Shown here: positions 36,504-47,136 of the stretch, one piece after another
How the letters are laid out: each line of letters begins with the position of its first letter
How positions within the stretch are numbered: position 1 is the stretch's first letter
Virus record (IMG/VR): IMGVR_UViG_3300046171_000197
DNA length: 64,000 nt
Direction: 5' to 3' (one strand)
Origin: a virus
The notes under the pieces: model-generated
The model's input: the letters and a program-made list of their open reading frames with translations, nothing else
Database searches by the model: none
What the model was told of the DNA's origin: nothing
Program-made: the position numbers and the translations under genes

Positions 36504-37118
36504 GTGGCAGAGACAACAATAAAACCATTTAACCTTTCGGTTGCGAAGAATATTATAGGTCCGTTAGCACAAACTAACCATTTTCTTGTAACTTTTTCTT
36601 CTCTAACACCAGCAGTTGAATCTTATCTTGCTGATTATACTGGTATAAAAAATATAAAAAGTTTTTTATCAAGAAATGTTGGAATACTTTGTAATGAAGC
36701 AGTTATACCAACTTCAACTTTAGCAACTGCAGAGGTTAAAGATAACTTCATGGGTGTTCCGCAACAATTTGCTCATACAAGATTCTATACAGATTTTAGT
36801 TATTCATTTTATTGTGATGAGGATTATACGTTACTTAGAATATTTGAAGGTTGGATGGAATATATAACAAGTGGTGCAAATGATGATGTAGAGCAGAATC
36901 ATCGTGCTTACTATAGGAGAATGAGATACCCAGATTCATATAAATGTAATACAATGTATATTAATAAATTTGAGAAGAACTATAAAAGAACAATGAGATA
37001 CCGATTTGTAAACGTATTTCCAAAGAGCATGTCAACTATTCCAGTAACCTATGGTCCTGCTGATATATTAAAGGTATCTGTTTCGTTCAATTATGACCGC
37101 TATATAGTAAACGGTTAG
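36504..37118 (+). CDS. Tail tube / tube-initiator (gp19/gp54-like) protein
   Basis: LC.EA.IP..R.Y..F.F..D..FE.W..YP..Y..FP..Y..V.F.YD tube-fold pattern. Confidence 0.7.
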   Translation: MAETTIKPFNLSVAKNIIGPLAQTNHFLVTFSSLTPAVESYLADYTGIKNIKSFLSRNVGILCNEAVIPTSTLATAEVKDNFMGVPQQFAHTRFYTDFSYSFYCDEDYTLLRIFEGWMEYITSGANDDVEQNHRAYYRRMRYPDSYKCNTMYINKFEKNYKRTMRYRFVNVFPKSMSTIPVTYGPADILKVSVSFNYDRYIVNG

Positions 37119-37158
37119 AAAACCCATATAAATAATTTTACTGAGTTGATAGTACATT

Positions 37159-37882
37159 ATGCCTTTACCAAAAGTTAATACACCGACTTATGAGTTGGTG
37201 TTGCCTTCTAACAATAAAAAGATAAAATATAGACCTTTTTTGGTTAGGGAGGAAAAGATTCTAATTATGGCATTAGAGTCTGAAGATATGAAACAGATTA
37301 CTAATTCTGTTGTTGAAATACTAAATGCTTGTATTCTTACAAAAGGAATTAGAATTAATACTTTGTCAACATTTGACATTGAATACTTATTTTTAAATGT
37401 AAGAGCAAAGTCTGTTGGTGAGAGTGTTGAAGTGAACGTTACATGTCCTGATGATAATAAAACATCAGTTCAGGTTGCGATTGATCTTGATTCAATCAAG
37501 GTTAATAAGAATAAAAAACATTCCAATATTATTAAATTAGATGATGTTTTATCATTGAAAATGAAATATCCATCAATGGATCAATTCATTGAAAATAATT
37601 TTGAAGCAAACGAAGAGTCAAGTGATATTAAAACGACTCTTAGTATGATTACATCATGTATTGATATGATTTATAATGATGAAGAGAGTTGGAGTGGATC
37701 TGAATCTACAAAAAAAGAACTTGAAGAGTTTATTGAACAATTAAATTCAAAGCAATTTAAGTTAATTGAAGATTTCTTTACTACGATGCCTAAATTGACG
37801 CATACAGTTAAGGTGAAGAATCCTCAAACAGAAGTAGAGTCTGAATGTTGTATTGGAGGGATTAGCTGCTTTTTTCAGCTAA
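37159..37882 (+). CDS. gp26: Baseplate hub subunit; an extra base at ~37846 fuses it to gp51 in the ORF track
   Basis: MPLPK..TPTYEL.LPS..KYRPFLVREEKIL; removing one base gives the ending EVVLEGLAAFFS-stop at 37880-82. Confidence 0.8.
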
Positions 37883-37884
37883 GT

Positions 37885-38061
37885 ATGGCTCATACGAATC
37901 TGGAGTCATACTATAAAATCAATTTTGCCCTGATTCAGCATCATAAATATTCATTAACAGAAATTGAGAATATGATTCCTTGGGAAAAGGATATCTATGT
38001 ATCATTACTTCAAGAATATATTGAAGAAGAAAACCTAAAAGCACAACAACGTGGAACCTGA
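37885..38061 (+). CDS. gp51: Baseplate hub assembly catalyst
   Basis: LESYYKINFALIQHHKYSLTEIENMIPWEKDIY. Confidence 0.8.
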   Translation: MAHTNLESYYKINFALIQHHKYSLTEIENMIPWEKDIYVSLLQEYIEEENLKAQQRGT

Positions 38062-39223
38062 TACAGTAAACACACCTAAGATTAATAAAAGCACTTTCTC
38101 ATTTGGTGGTTCTCTTATGAAGAGAGTATCAAATAATGAGAGAAAAATTACTGTACTTAAAAATATAATACGAACACAAAGAAATAATATTGGTGAAAAA
38201 ATTACACCAAAAATGAGTAGTCTTCAAGAATCTTTGATGGTTACTAATGAAGTATTAGTAGATATTGCAAGACAATTAGAACAGGATTTTGATTCAAGAG
38301 TAGTAGAAAAAAAATCATTATTGCAAAAAAACAGGGCGGAGAAGTTAGAAATAAGAAGACAACAAGTGCTTGAAGAAAAAGCAGAAAATAAACAGACAGA
38401 AAAAACTGTTAAAACAGCAGCAAGAAAAACTATAAAACCTTTAGGTAATATATTTGGTAAAGTATTTGAACTTATCAAAATTTTAGGTACAGGTTTACTA
38501 ATCAATGCTGTAGTGGGAAATTTTGATAAAATTATTGGATTTTTCTCAGGAGATACTTTTAAAAATATTCAGGCTAAACTTACACAAGCATATCAATTAA
38601 TTAATAAACATATGGGATTGATTGTTGCAGTTGGAGCTGGACTAGTTGCATTGAGTCTTGCAGGAACAATAGCAAATATTGTATCAGTTGGATCTGGGTT
38701 GATTGGTATACTAACAAATCCAGTAGTCTTAGCAGGTCTTGGCATTCTAGTAAGTTTCGCCGCATTATCAAAAATAGGTAAAGAAGTTTTTGATGCAAAA
38801 GTTGAAGGTGCTGAAAACTCAGTAGATGAATTAAAAAAAGAGGGTTTAGATCAAGGAACTGCGGAAATACTTACTGACTTGGCATCACCTAAAGATCTTG
38901 ATGGTAATCGTATATTAGAGGGTTATGGTCCTCCAACCACGACAAATATAGACGGTGACATAGGTGGAAATTCTTTTCTTCCATTCATGTTGAATCAAGA
39001 TTTAAATAAAAATTTAAAATTAGATGATAATGATGTAAGTAGTGTTGAATTTCAAGACATGCCTCCGATTGATATGAGAGAAGAGAAGAAAGCAGACCGA
39101 TACCTAGAACCAGGTGGAAATACTGGAACTAAAGTTGTAATGGTATCTTCATTTAATAGTATGAATAATTATATGAAAGAGACACCATCTCTATTTGGAT
39201 TTTCGGATTTAGTATATACATAA
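38051..39223 (+). CDS. Putative tail / tape-measure-region structural protein
   Basis: Coiled-coil N-terminus and hydrophobic helices; located after gp51. Confidence 0.5.
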   Translation: MEPDTVNTPKINKSTFSFGGSLMKRVSNNERKITVLKNIIRTQRNNIGEKITPKMSSLQESLMVTNEVLVDIARQLEQDFDSRVVEKKSLLQKNRAEKLEIRRQQVLEEKAENKQTEKTVKTAARKTIKPLGNIFGKVFELIKILGTGLLINAVVGNFDKIIGFFSGDTFKNIQAKLTQAYQLINKHMGLIVAVGAGLVALSLAGTIANIVSVGSGLIGILTNPVVLAGLGILVSFAALSKIGKEVFDAKVEGAENSVDELKKEGLDQGTAEILTDLASPKDLDGNRILEGYGPPTTTNIDGDIGGNSFLPFMLNQDLNKNLKLDDNDVSSVEFQDMPPIDMREEKKADRYLEPGGNTGTKVVMVSSFNSMNNYMKETPSLFGFSDLVYT

Positions 39224-39224
39224 T

Positions 39225-40058
39225 ATGGAAAAAGAAGCAGAACAACTGAAGTTAAATGCTCTTAACATAAGGAGTATATTAAAAGGTGGTAAGAAAAAAC
39301 TTAAAAAAATAACATTTAAAAGAAGAAATCTGGATAGAGTTACAGTTGCAAGAAAAAGAAGAAGAACAAAAGAAAAAATATTAGAAAATTCAAAAAGAAT
39401 GACAAAAAATATTGGAGCATCTGCTAAAAATATAGCAAGTAAAGTAGTTGCATCTAAACCAGGTAATTTTTTAGGTTTATTACTTGTGGGTATTGCAGTT
39501 AATAATGTTGAAAATATAGTAAAATTTTTTAGAGGTGATACTTTTGAAAAATTTATGAATGGTTTGAAGGGTATAGGTAAATTCTTTACAGGTATGTTTG
39601 ATGGTTTTATGGGATTCTTTAAACCTAAAAAAGATATAGAAATACCAAAAGAATTAAATGATAGTAATGCAGAAAAATTAAATGAGGTTAATAAAGAACT
39701 TGAAGGTATAAAAACCGAAACTGATAAGTTAAATGAATTTGCTAAGTCTGCTAAAAGTCGGTATGATGAATTTAAAGGGAAAATAAAAAATGAAAATCAA
39801 AATTTAGAAAAAAATTTAAATGTAATAAAATCTAAATCACCAAATTCTGAATTAGGTTCCTCTATAGTTACTGGTGAATTATTTAAAGATAATCCTTTTG
39901 GTGGAAAAACATTCGCAGAAAGTATGAATGTGTTAGGTGGAGGCAATAATATTAATATTGAACCATTGAATAAAGAAGTTACAGATCTTAGTATGAAAAA
40001 GAAAACTAAAACTAAAACAGTATTCATTAGACAACCAGTTATTGTGGGTGAGAAATAA
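39225..40058 (+). CDS. Putative tail structural protein
   Basis: Basic, helical; shares FF.GDTF with the previous ORF; coupled to the hub gene. Confidence 0.5.
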   Translation: MEKEAEQLKLNALNIRSILKGGKKKLKKITFKRRNLDRVTVARKRRRTKEKILENSKRMTKNIGASAKNIASKVVASKPGNFLGLLLVGIAVNNVENIVKFFRGDTFEKFMNGLKGIGKFFTGMFDGFMGFFKPKKDIEIPKELNDSNAEKLNEVNKELEGIKTETDKLNEFAKSAKSRYDEFKGKIKNENQNLEKNLNVIKSKSPNSELGSSIVTGELFKDNPFGGKTFAESMNVLGGGNNINIEPLNKEVTDLSMKKKTKTKTVFIRQPVIVGEK

Positions 40059-41353
40059 TGTCAGCAGCAGGACCATCGAATTATACTTTCTTACAGATAA
40101 CTAAACCTAGTCGAGGTACATCTGTTCGTTTAGAAGGTAAAATACTTGGATTTGAATATTTTGAAAGTGTTTATTCACCTATGATTACAGCAAGTATGGT
40201 GCAGGCGGATGTTGGTGGAAGTGTAACTGATGCAAGAACTGGTTTAAGGGGTACACTGAAAGATGCATTACCAATAGAAGGGTTTGAAGAGGTCGCATTT
40301 AATATTACGACAAGATATGGTGAATTAAATTTTACAAAAAATCCAATGATTGTTACTGGTAGTCCAATGAATGTTGATGATGCTCAGAAAGCAATCAGTT
40401 TTGATACCTATGGTTTCAAAGTATTCAATCGATAGTAGTAAAAAACCGTTAGAGAAAGTTTATCAGGAATCAAGAATAAGTGACATAATTGATAAAATAC
40501 TAGATTCTCTAAAGGTTCCAAAAAATAAAAGAAATATTGAAAAGACAAGTAATGTTGATAAAGTGTTTGGAAATCATGAACCACCACTTAGACGTTTGTT
40601 TAGAGTTATGTAAAAAATCCATACCAGAAACAGGTAAAGATCCTGGTTATTTTTTCTTTGAAACACAAGATGGATTTCAATTTAGATCAATCGAGGGTTT
40701 GATAAACGAAGGTATTGATAGATTTTCCAATACTGGTTATGAAGATACTCACACCTATAATTATTTTGGAGCATTAGATGCGAATCTTGATAACGATGAA
40801 AACAACTTTAAAGTATTATTACCACCAGTTGTAAAGAGAGATCAAAATCAATTGAATGCTTTGAAAGCATGGTTTATACAACGTTCGTGTCAGCACAATG
40901 AACACACTTACAGGAGAGTATCGGGAAAAGGTAGAGAATTTATTAAGTTCATCTAATCTAGGTGACAAACAAAAAAGTCCAGTAGATTCTAAAAACTTTT
41001 CTAAATCTTATTCTTATATAATAAATCCTGGCGCAGATGAACAAGGTGTTAGTGAGGAAGTTTTAAATAGTCCATCTAAATATGAACCAAGAGCTCATAT
41101 GAGATATGGATTACTACATTCTCAGTTAGTTGATATTCAAGTTCCTTGTAATGTTCAACTAAGAGCAGGTGAAGTTATTAAATTAAAATTAGAAAACATC
41201 ACTCAAGATGAGAAACTATTATCAATTTATAATCAACACCGAAGTGGATACTATTTAATTCTACATCTTTGTCATCACTTTGATCCTGCTAATTCCTATA
41301 CATCATTAACTCTTGCCCGTGATACATACGGATTATACACTAGTAAAAAATGA
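40058..41353 (+). CDS. Baseplate hub (gp27-like) protein, split into four fragments by indels
   Basis: FEYFESVYSP.ITA..YFFFETQDGFQFRSI..IQVPCN..L.AG..I..SG.YLI..L.H.F..T.L.L.RD. Confidence 0.65.
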
Positions 41354-42255
41354 GCGAACATAATACTTCAAAGACTCCATCTATAAAATCAAGCAGTCAA
41401 GATCAGTATGGTAAGAAACCATTACAATCTTGGTCAGGAAAAGTTGTGTCTTTTGATTCTCAGAAAGATCAAATTGATAGTGGATGGGGTTGGAGATATA
41501 AAGTCAGAATATTAGGTGATAATTCAAATGTAGATAATGTAACTGATGGTGAGTTGAGTTATGCTTTTGCATTACTTCCAACTACTGCTGGTTCGGGTGG
41601 TGCATATAAATTAAGATCAGCAAGAATAAGTCAAGGAGATATGGTGTATGGAATTCGTGGTGGTGGAGGTCCGACATTAATACTAGGTGTGTTTCCGAGA
41701 ACAAGAAAAACAACATTGAGTGATACTCCTTTTGGCACATTGTCTGGTTTTTATGGGACACTATCAAAGAATGGAACTATAAGTGGAGAGTTTAATGAAC
41801 AAGTAGGACCTGCAACACCAGGTGGTGTATCAGATGCAAATAGATCCAATCGACCTGATCCAAGTAGTAATGTTGAAAAGATAGGAATTGATCCAAATAA
41901 AGATGAAGTAGTTTCTGGTAGTCAGGAGAAAACAACTCCTAAAAAAAGAATTATTGAACCTGAAGATTGGACATTAGGTATGCCTTTAAATAAAGAAACA
42001 TTTGAGAAGTTAGAAAAAGCAGTCGAAAAACTAGAGATAGATCCTATTTTGTTTAGTGGAGCAATAAGACAGGCAGTAATTCAAGGAATAGTAGATGGAG
42101 ACACAGCTCTTGCAAAACAAAAAATGAATGAATTAAAAATACAAATGTATAGTATTAAAGATGTTGTCATACAAGAGTTTGATGGATTTGATCCACGAGA
42201 AATGCTTAGTCCACCAAATCTTGAAGATTTTTTTCAATTTCCAACTGATGAATAA
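41350..42255 (+). CDS. gp5: gp5-like baseplate hub, N-terminal OB-fold part
   Basis: W.G.V..RYKVRI.G..L..A..LLPTTAGSG..GD.V.G..G..P.ILGV. Confidence 0.7.
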   Translation: MSEHNTSKTPSIKSSSQDQYGKKPLQSWSGKVVSFDSQKDQIDSGWGWRYKVRILGDNSNVDNVTDGELSYAFALLPTTAGSGGAYKLRSARISQGDMVYGIRGGGGPTLILGVFPRTRKTTLSDTPFGTLSGFYGTLSKNGTISGEFNEQVGPATPGGVSDANRSNRPDPSSNVEKIGIDPNKDEVVSGSQEKTTPKKRIIEPEDWTLGMPLNKETFEKLEKAVEKLEIDPILFSGAIRQAVIQGIVDGDTALAKQKMNELKIQMYSIKDVVIQEFDGFDPREMLSPPNLEDFFQFPTDE

Positions 42256-42263
42256 ATAATACT

Positions 42264-44162
42264 ATGACTGAACAAAAACTATTATTAGCATTCCCCTCAA
42301 CTTGTGGCAATTCATTTGTCAGTGAGTTAAGTACAACCTTAGATAATTTCTTCGGTAAAGTAAGTGGTAGTATTGGTAGTGTTACTGATTTTACTGATGA
42401 ATTAAATTCAACTGTTGGTTTGGTTGGAGATATGATGCAAGGTCTTACAGGTCAAATTGGTGGATTTTTAGAAGATAAACTTGTAGGATTCATACAAAGT
42501 GGACTAGCAGGAGTACAATCATTCTTTTTCTCAATATATGCTACAAATCCTTTAGTGGCATTAGCACAAACAAAAGCATTTAACGCAGCAGCACTTAAAC
42601 CAGTTCAAAGATTGTTCAATACTTTTGAGTGTCTTGGTGCATCAGTGGCAAAAGCCATGATTGGTACTATTAAAGATTTATTAGTCAATACAATTAAAAA
42701 GGGAATAATAAATCCATTAACTTGTATGGTCGAAGATGTTATTGGTGGTTTGACCAATAAAATGACAAATATGATTGATTCTATTGTAGGTCCTATTCTT
42801 AATCCAATTAATAGTCTCTTCAGTATAATTGGACAAGGATTTAATATTAAGAATATGATCTTTAAAGGATTAGGAGAAAATATATTTGCAAGAGCAGGTA
42901 ATCTTTTAAAATGTGTTGGAAATGGTGGAATACCAAAATGCCCAGAGCAAAAGGTTTACGGTAAAAATAATGGATCACAAAAACCAAAGTCAGAGGAACA
43001 AGAGAAAACTATAATAAGTAGAGCATTTGATAAAGGAACTAAAGCATTACAGAATGTTCAAGAGGGAATGTCAGATTTTGAAACTGATGTAGGTGCTTTT
43101 GAATTGTTTGGATCAAAAATAGGAGATAGTGATCCAGTTGAATGTAACACTGGTAATATTACCGAGTGTGGTCCTCCAAGACTAGAAATATATGGTGGAG
43201 ATGGTGAAGGTGCAGCTGGAGATATTATATTAGGGAACTTTATAGAGAAATTAGTGCCAGAATTGATAGATCAAGATGCTGTTAGAGCAGAAACTGGTGG
43301 ACTTATACAAGAGGTTGGTGCTCCAGAGATCAAAAAAATTGCGAGTATCATTGGTGTGGACATTACATATCCTGGTGAAGGGTATACTCAAGAACCATTA
43401 GTGTCATTTGTAGATAATTGTGATCAGGGTTATGGTGCATATGGTAGAGCAGTGATTGACAAAGACCCAAATTCACCTACATTTGGTCAATTAACTGATA
43501 TAATTATCATATCTGAGGGTGAAAACTACCCTGCTAGTAATGAAGAAGGTGAATCCTTTGTAGAAAAAGTTATAGTTGATGATGGTGGTTCAGGATACGA
43601 TGATAATGATTCAATAGATGGATTTAACGTAACAGTTAAAGATGGATCAATATCAGAAGTAGAACCAAATAATGTTCCATATAGAACATTACCAAGAATT
43701 ACAGTAAAAAGTAATACAGGAAGTGGTGCTAGGTTAATTCCAATAATGACTAAGACTCCCAGACAAACATTATCACAGCAGCAAATTGATTGTATCACTC
43801 CAAAATCTAAAATTGTTGGATATATTGATGGTAAACCTTACACAGGACCTTTCCATGTAATGCCTAATGGTAATAAAATGACTGGAGATACACATTCAGA
43901 TAATGATAAAATCATTTACAATACTCCACAGGAAAGTTTAAGATCGAGTCAATCAACAAATGTGAGGTCTACAAGAATTAATCTTCGATCAATTAAAGAT
44001 TTAGTAAATGAAAGTGAAACTACACAGTCAACAGAATCCACTACTTATAGTGATCCAGTAGATGAAGCAACTGATTCTGGTAGTGATCCAATGCCACCAA
44101 GTTCACCACCACCAAGTTCACCACCAAGTAGTGGGTCATCAGGTGGAGGATATGGATACTAA
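42264..44162 (+). CDS. gp5-associated baseplate hub protein
   Basis: Own late box at 42252; CGPP..I.GGDG.GA..G.GY..P.V repeats; Pro/Ser tail. Confidence 0.6.
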   Translation: MTEQKLLLAFPSTCGNSFVSELSTTLDNFFGKVSGSIGSVTDFTDELNSTVGLVGDMMQGLTGQIGGFLEDKLVGFIQSGLAGVQSFFFSIYATNPLVALAQTKAFNAAALKPVQRLFNTFECLGASVAKAMIGTIKDLLVNTIKKGIINPLTCMVEDVIGGLTNKMTNMIDSIVGPILNPINSLFSIIGQGFNIKNMIFKGLGENIFARAGNLLKCVGNGGIPKCPEQKVYGKNNGSQKPKSEEQEKTIISRAFDKGTKALQNVQEGMSDFETDVGAFELFGSKIGDSDPVECNTGNITECGPPRLEIYGGDGEGAAGDIILGNFIEKLVPELIDQDAVRAETGGLIQEVGAPEIKKIASIIGVDITYPGEGYTQEPLVSFVDNCDQGYGAYGRAVIDKDPNSPTFGQLTDIIIISEGENYPASNEEGESFVEKVIVDDGGSGYDDNDSIDGFNVTVKDGSISEVEPNNVPYRTLPRITVKSNTGSGARLIPIMTKTPRQTLSQQQIDCITPKSKIVGYIDGKPYTGPFHVMPNGNKMTGDTHSDNDKIIYNTPQESLRSSQSTNVRSTRINLRSIKDLVNESETTQSTESTTYSDPVDEATDSGSDPMPPSSPPPSSPPSSGSSGGGYGY

Positions 44163-44692
44163 TGGCAAATAATGAAAGTAGAGTACTTGATGTATTCGGT
44201 CCTAATTTTCTCATAGAAACTAATGGTGCAGTTGGTGTAGCTGGTCAATTAAAATATCAATTATACTCTGTCACTGATGGTGGTGTTAAATATCAACAAG
44301 CATTATATGGCAATGGACTTTCAACTATTGATGCTGAAGGTACACTAGAAATCACATCAGGTTTTAAAAATAAACCTGGTCGTGCAAGTCTTGTTGCTGC
44401 TGCTTTAGAGGGAGATGCTGCTATCAATGCAGAGAAAGGTTGGGTAAGAATAAAAGGACAAAACGTAGTCATAGACGCAACAAATCAGTTGGTATTACAA
44501 GCAACTAGAATACAAATAGGTCATGTTCAAAAAGGAAAGACTCAAGATTTTCAAGTTACATCAACTAGAGTTGATTTAGGTAGACCAAAGAGAGGTAATA
44601 TGTGTAAGATACTTAAAACTTGTGGTCCTGATTTATCATTTGCTAAATCATTAAGTCCTTTAAGTGGTCTATCTGTTGGTGGTTTATTTTGA
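44162..44692 (+). CDS. Putative spike / gp5 C-terminal-like beta-helix protein
   Basis: I.A..G...I.G.NV.I.A..L.L.A..I repeat pattern. Confidence 0.45.
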   Translation: MANNESRVLDVFGPNFLIETNGAVGVAGQLKYQLYSVTDGGVKYQQALYGNGLSTIDAEGTLEITSGFKNKPGRASLVAAALEGDAAINAEKGWVRIKGQNVVIDATNQLVLQATRIQIGHVQKGKTQDFQVTSTRVDLGRPKRGNMCKILKTCGPDLSFAKSLSPLSGLSVGGLF

Positions 44693-45999
44693 CAAGAACA
44701 CCTGATAGTAGTATATTTAATCAAAATCAAACTGGTGACTCTGGTTTTGAGAATGTTTATGTATATGGTAAATTTAATTATGATTTTAGTGGAGAGAATT
44801 TAAATGTCAAATCCCTTAATGTCACTGGTATTTCATCATTTACAAGTGATGTTACTTTTACTGGTGATATAACACTGGATGAAATCACTGCAAGAAATGC
44901 AAACGTAACAGGAGTCGCAACAGTTGGCACGGGTTTATATTTAAATGGTAAGTTATTTGATGGTGATGGTGACTTTGGAACAGCAGGTCAACTACTATCA
45001 TCAGATGGAACAGATTTAAACTGGATAGATGCCAGCACAACCAGTGTGGCAAATGCAAACAATGTTGGAACAAATGCAAACTCTACAAATGCAGATCAAT
45101 TCATAACATTTGTTAGTGCAAGTAGTGGTAATAATCCAATTAGAGTTAACAGTAATATAAAGTATAATCCATCCACGAACACTCTCTCAGCAATTAATAT
45201 CGCAGGTAGTTCAACAGCAGTTAATTTAAATGTAACTGGCAATCTAACAGTTGGTGGACAATTTAAAGATGGTGATGGAAACTTTGGAACATCAGGTCAA
45301 GTATTATCATCAGATGGTACTGACACTGCTTGGATAAATGCAGGTTCACTCACAGCAGGTGCAGCTGCAGAGGTTGGAGTATCAGCAGCAACAGTAAATG
45401 CAGATCATTTTGTTACGATGGTAGACACTGCATCTGGTAATGAGAATGTAAGAGTAGATACTGATTTAAAATATAATCCAGTAACAAATACATTGACTGC
45501 AACTAATTTTGCTGGTAGTGGAACAGGACTTACTGGTATTGAATCATTTGTAACTGGTATGATTATATTATGGTCTGGTGCAGCAAATGCAATTCCGTCA
45601 GGTTTTGTATTATGTAATGGTAGTAATAGCACACCAGATTTGAGGGGGAGATTTGTTGTTGGTTATAGTAATACTGATGGTGATTATGATGTGGGTGATG
45701 CAGGAGGAAGTAAACAAGTAACTCTATCTGAATCACAATTACCATCCCATAACCACTCAGCATCATCATCTGTCAATGATCCAGGCCATTTTCACTCTTA
45801 TATTGATCAGTATGTTGTAATTAATAATGGATATAGACCATGGCCAGCAAACAATAATGATTGTGCTCAGAGAAATATAAACACTGGGAGTCAAACTACA
45901 GGTATCTCTGTTAGTACAACCATCGGTAACACTGGATCAGGATCAGCAATAGAAAATAGACCACCATACTATGCACTTTGCTATATTATGAAAACATGA
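44689..45999 (+). CDS. Short tail fibre with a collar domain
   Basis: GMIILWSG..IPSGF.LCNG..TPDLRGRFVVG..LPSH.H..ENRPPYYALCYIMK. Confidence 0.85.
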   Translation: MTRTPDSSIFNQNQTGDSGFENVYVYGKFNYDFSGENLNVKSLNVTGISSFTSDVTFTGDITLDEITARNANVTGVATVGTGLYLNGKLFDGDGDFGTAGQLLSSDGTDLNWIDASTTSVANANNVGTNANSTNADQFITFVSASSGNNPIRVNSNIKYNPSTNTLSAINIAGSSTAVNLNVTGNLTVGGQFKDGDGNFGTSGQVLSSDGTDTAWINAGSLTAGAAAEVGVSAATVNADHFVTMVDTASGNENVRVDTDLKYNPVTNTLTATNFAGSGTGLTGIESFVTGMIILWSGAANAIPSGFVLCNGSNSTPDLRGRFVVGYSNTDGDYDVGDAGGSKQVTLSESQLPSHNHSASSSVNDPGHFHSYIDQYVVINNGYRPWPANNNDCAQRNINTGSQTTGISVSTTIGNTGSGSAIENRPPYYALCYIMKT

Positions 46000-46023
46000 T
46001 ATAATATAAAAAAATGTTATATT

Positions 46024-46587
46024 ATGGAATTAGAAAAATATATCCATACATATTCTAATACGATTCCATTTGAATTTTGTGATCAAATTATTGAAGAGTA
46101 TGAAAATTCAGATGATTGGGTGCCAGGCACAGTAAATGATTATAATGTAGCACAAAGTAGAAAATGTGAAGCAATTTACCTTTCTTATAATGAAGTAATA
46201 CAAAAAAAACTTGATGTTAGAAAGAGTATAGATGATAATATTTTCAAAATAGTTAATGGATCACTAGAAAAATATATGAAAAAGTGTAATGCTTTAGATT
46301 ATATTAATGTCAAAGGAGACACAGGATATATTCTTTTGAAATATAATACAGGAGATTATGTTCGTGAACATGTTGATACTTGGTCAGGTGAAAATAGGAC
46401 TTTAAGTTGTTCTATGATCCTAAATAATGATTATGAGGGTGGTGAGTTGGCATTTTTTGATGGTAAATATAAACTAAATCCAAAAAAAGGTGATATTGTA
46501 ATATTTCCATCAAGTTTTACATATCCACATCAAGTTCTACCAGTTACATCTGGAACTAGATATGCAGTCATTACATGGATTAGATAG
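46024..46587 (+). CDS. 2OG-Fe(II) oxygenase (prolyl-4-hydroxylase-like)
   Basis: LKY..G..EHVD..RTLS..LNNDYEGGEL.F..G..V.FPS..YPHQV.PVTSGTRYAVITW; TGaTATAAT at 45997. Confidence 0.9.
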   Translation: MELEKYIHTYSNTIPFEFCDQIIEEYENSDDWVPGTVNDYNVAQSRKCEAIYLSYNEVIQKKLDVRKSIDDNIFKIVNGSLEKYMKKCNALDYINVKGDTGYILLKYNTGDYVREHVDTWSGENRTLSCSMILNNDYEGGELAFFDGKYKLNPKKGDIVIFPSSFTYPHQVLPVTSGTRYAVITWIR

Positions 46588-46645
46588 TTGACACAATTGG
46601 TGTTCTAGTATTATAATATAAATATTATGGTTCTAAAAAGAAAAA

Positions 46646-46774
46646 ATGGACAAAGAAAAAAGTCCTGTAGAAAGATTGCATGATGATATTCGTCAAGCAG
46701 TTAAAAAAATAGAAGATGGCATGGATGATGAAATGATACGCATCCATACAACCGAGAATGATGACGCAGGCTAA
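46646..46774 (+). CDS. 42-aa hypothetical protein, not in the ORF track
   Basis: MDKEKSPVERLHDDIRQAVKKIEDGMDDEMIRIHTTENDDAG; TTGACA (46588) and TATAAT/TATAAATA (46612-24) upstream. Confidence 0.5.
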   Translation: MDKEKSPVERLHDDIRQAVKKIEDGMDDEMIRIHTTENDDAG

Positions 46775-46797
46775 ATAATTTACCTGCGTAAAAATCT

Positions 46798-47097
46798 GTG
46801 TACAAACTCTCTACTAAATTTTGCTGGTTTGATGACAGTAAAATCATCGTAAAGATGTTTTTCATTAATGGACTACCATTTACTTTTGATGAATTACCAT
46901 TTGGACACACATGGGATGAAGAACTCTGTAGTGTAGCAGACGAAAACCCTTGTTATGACCCAGAATACATGTATAAAGCATATGGGTATTTGATGTTAGA
47001 AGAATTACACCCTCTTTATTTTCCAGTTGAGTTGGAAAATCCAGAACTCTTGCCTGATGATTTAGAGTATCTCTACGAACAGGAAGAATCTACCTAA
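46798..47097 (+). CDS. Conserved cyanophage hypothetical protein
   Basis: MFFING.PFTFDE..HPL.F..ENPE.LPDD. Confidence 0.65.
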   Translation: MYKLSTKFCWFDDSKIIVKMFFINGLPFTFDELPFGHTWDEELCSVADENPCYDPEYMYKAYGYLMLEELHPLYFPVELENPELLPDDLEYLYEQEEST

Positions 47098-47136
47098 CTA
47101 AATAGATCATAGGAATATTTTGTCAAAAATAAAGCG

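Noticed and set aside
37159-38061. Apparent gp26-gp51 fusion protein
   Set aside because: Removing one base at ~37846 restores a normal gp26 ending and stop (37880-82) and a separate gp51 ATG (37885). This matches the indel pattern seen throughout the window.
33833-41353. Pseudogenisation or programmed frameshifting of baseplate genes
   Set aside because: The genes are essential, the indels are scattered in both directions, and no consistent slippery sequence or stimulatory structure is present. Sequencing error is more parsimonious.
44095-44135. PPSS repeat at the end of the 632-aa hub protein
   Set aside because: It is an ordinary low-complexity tail with no further structure.
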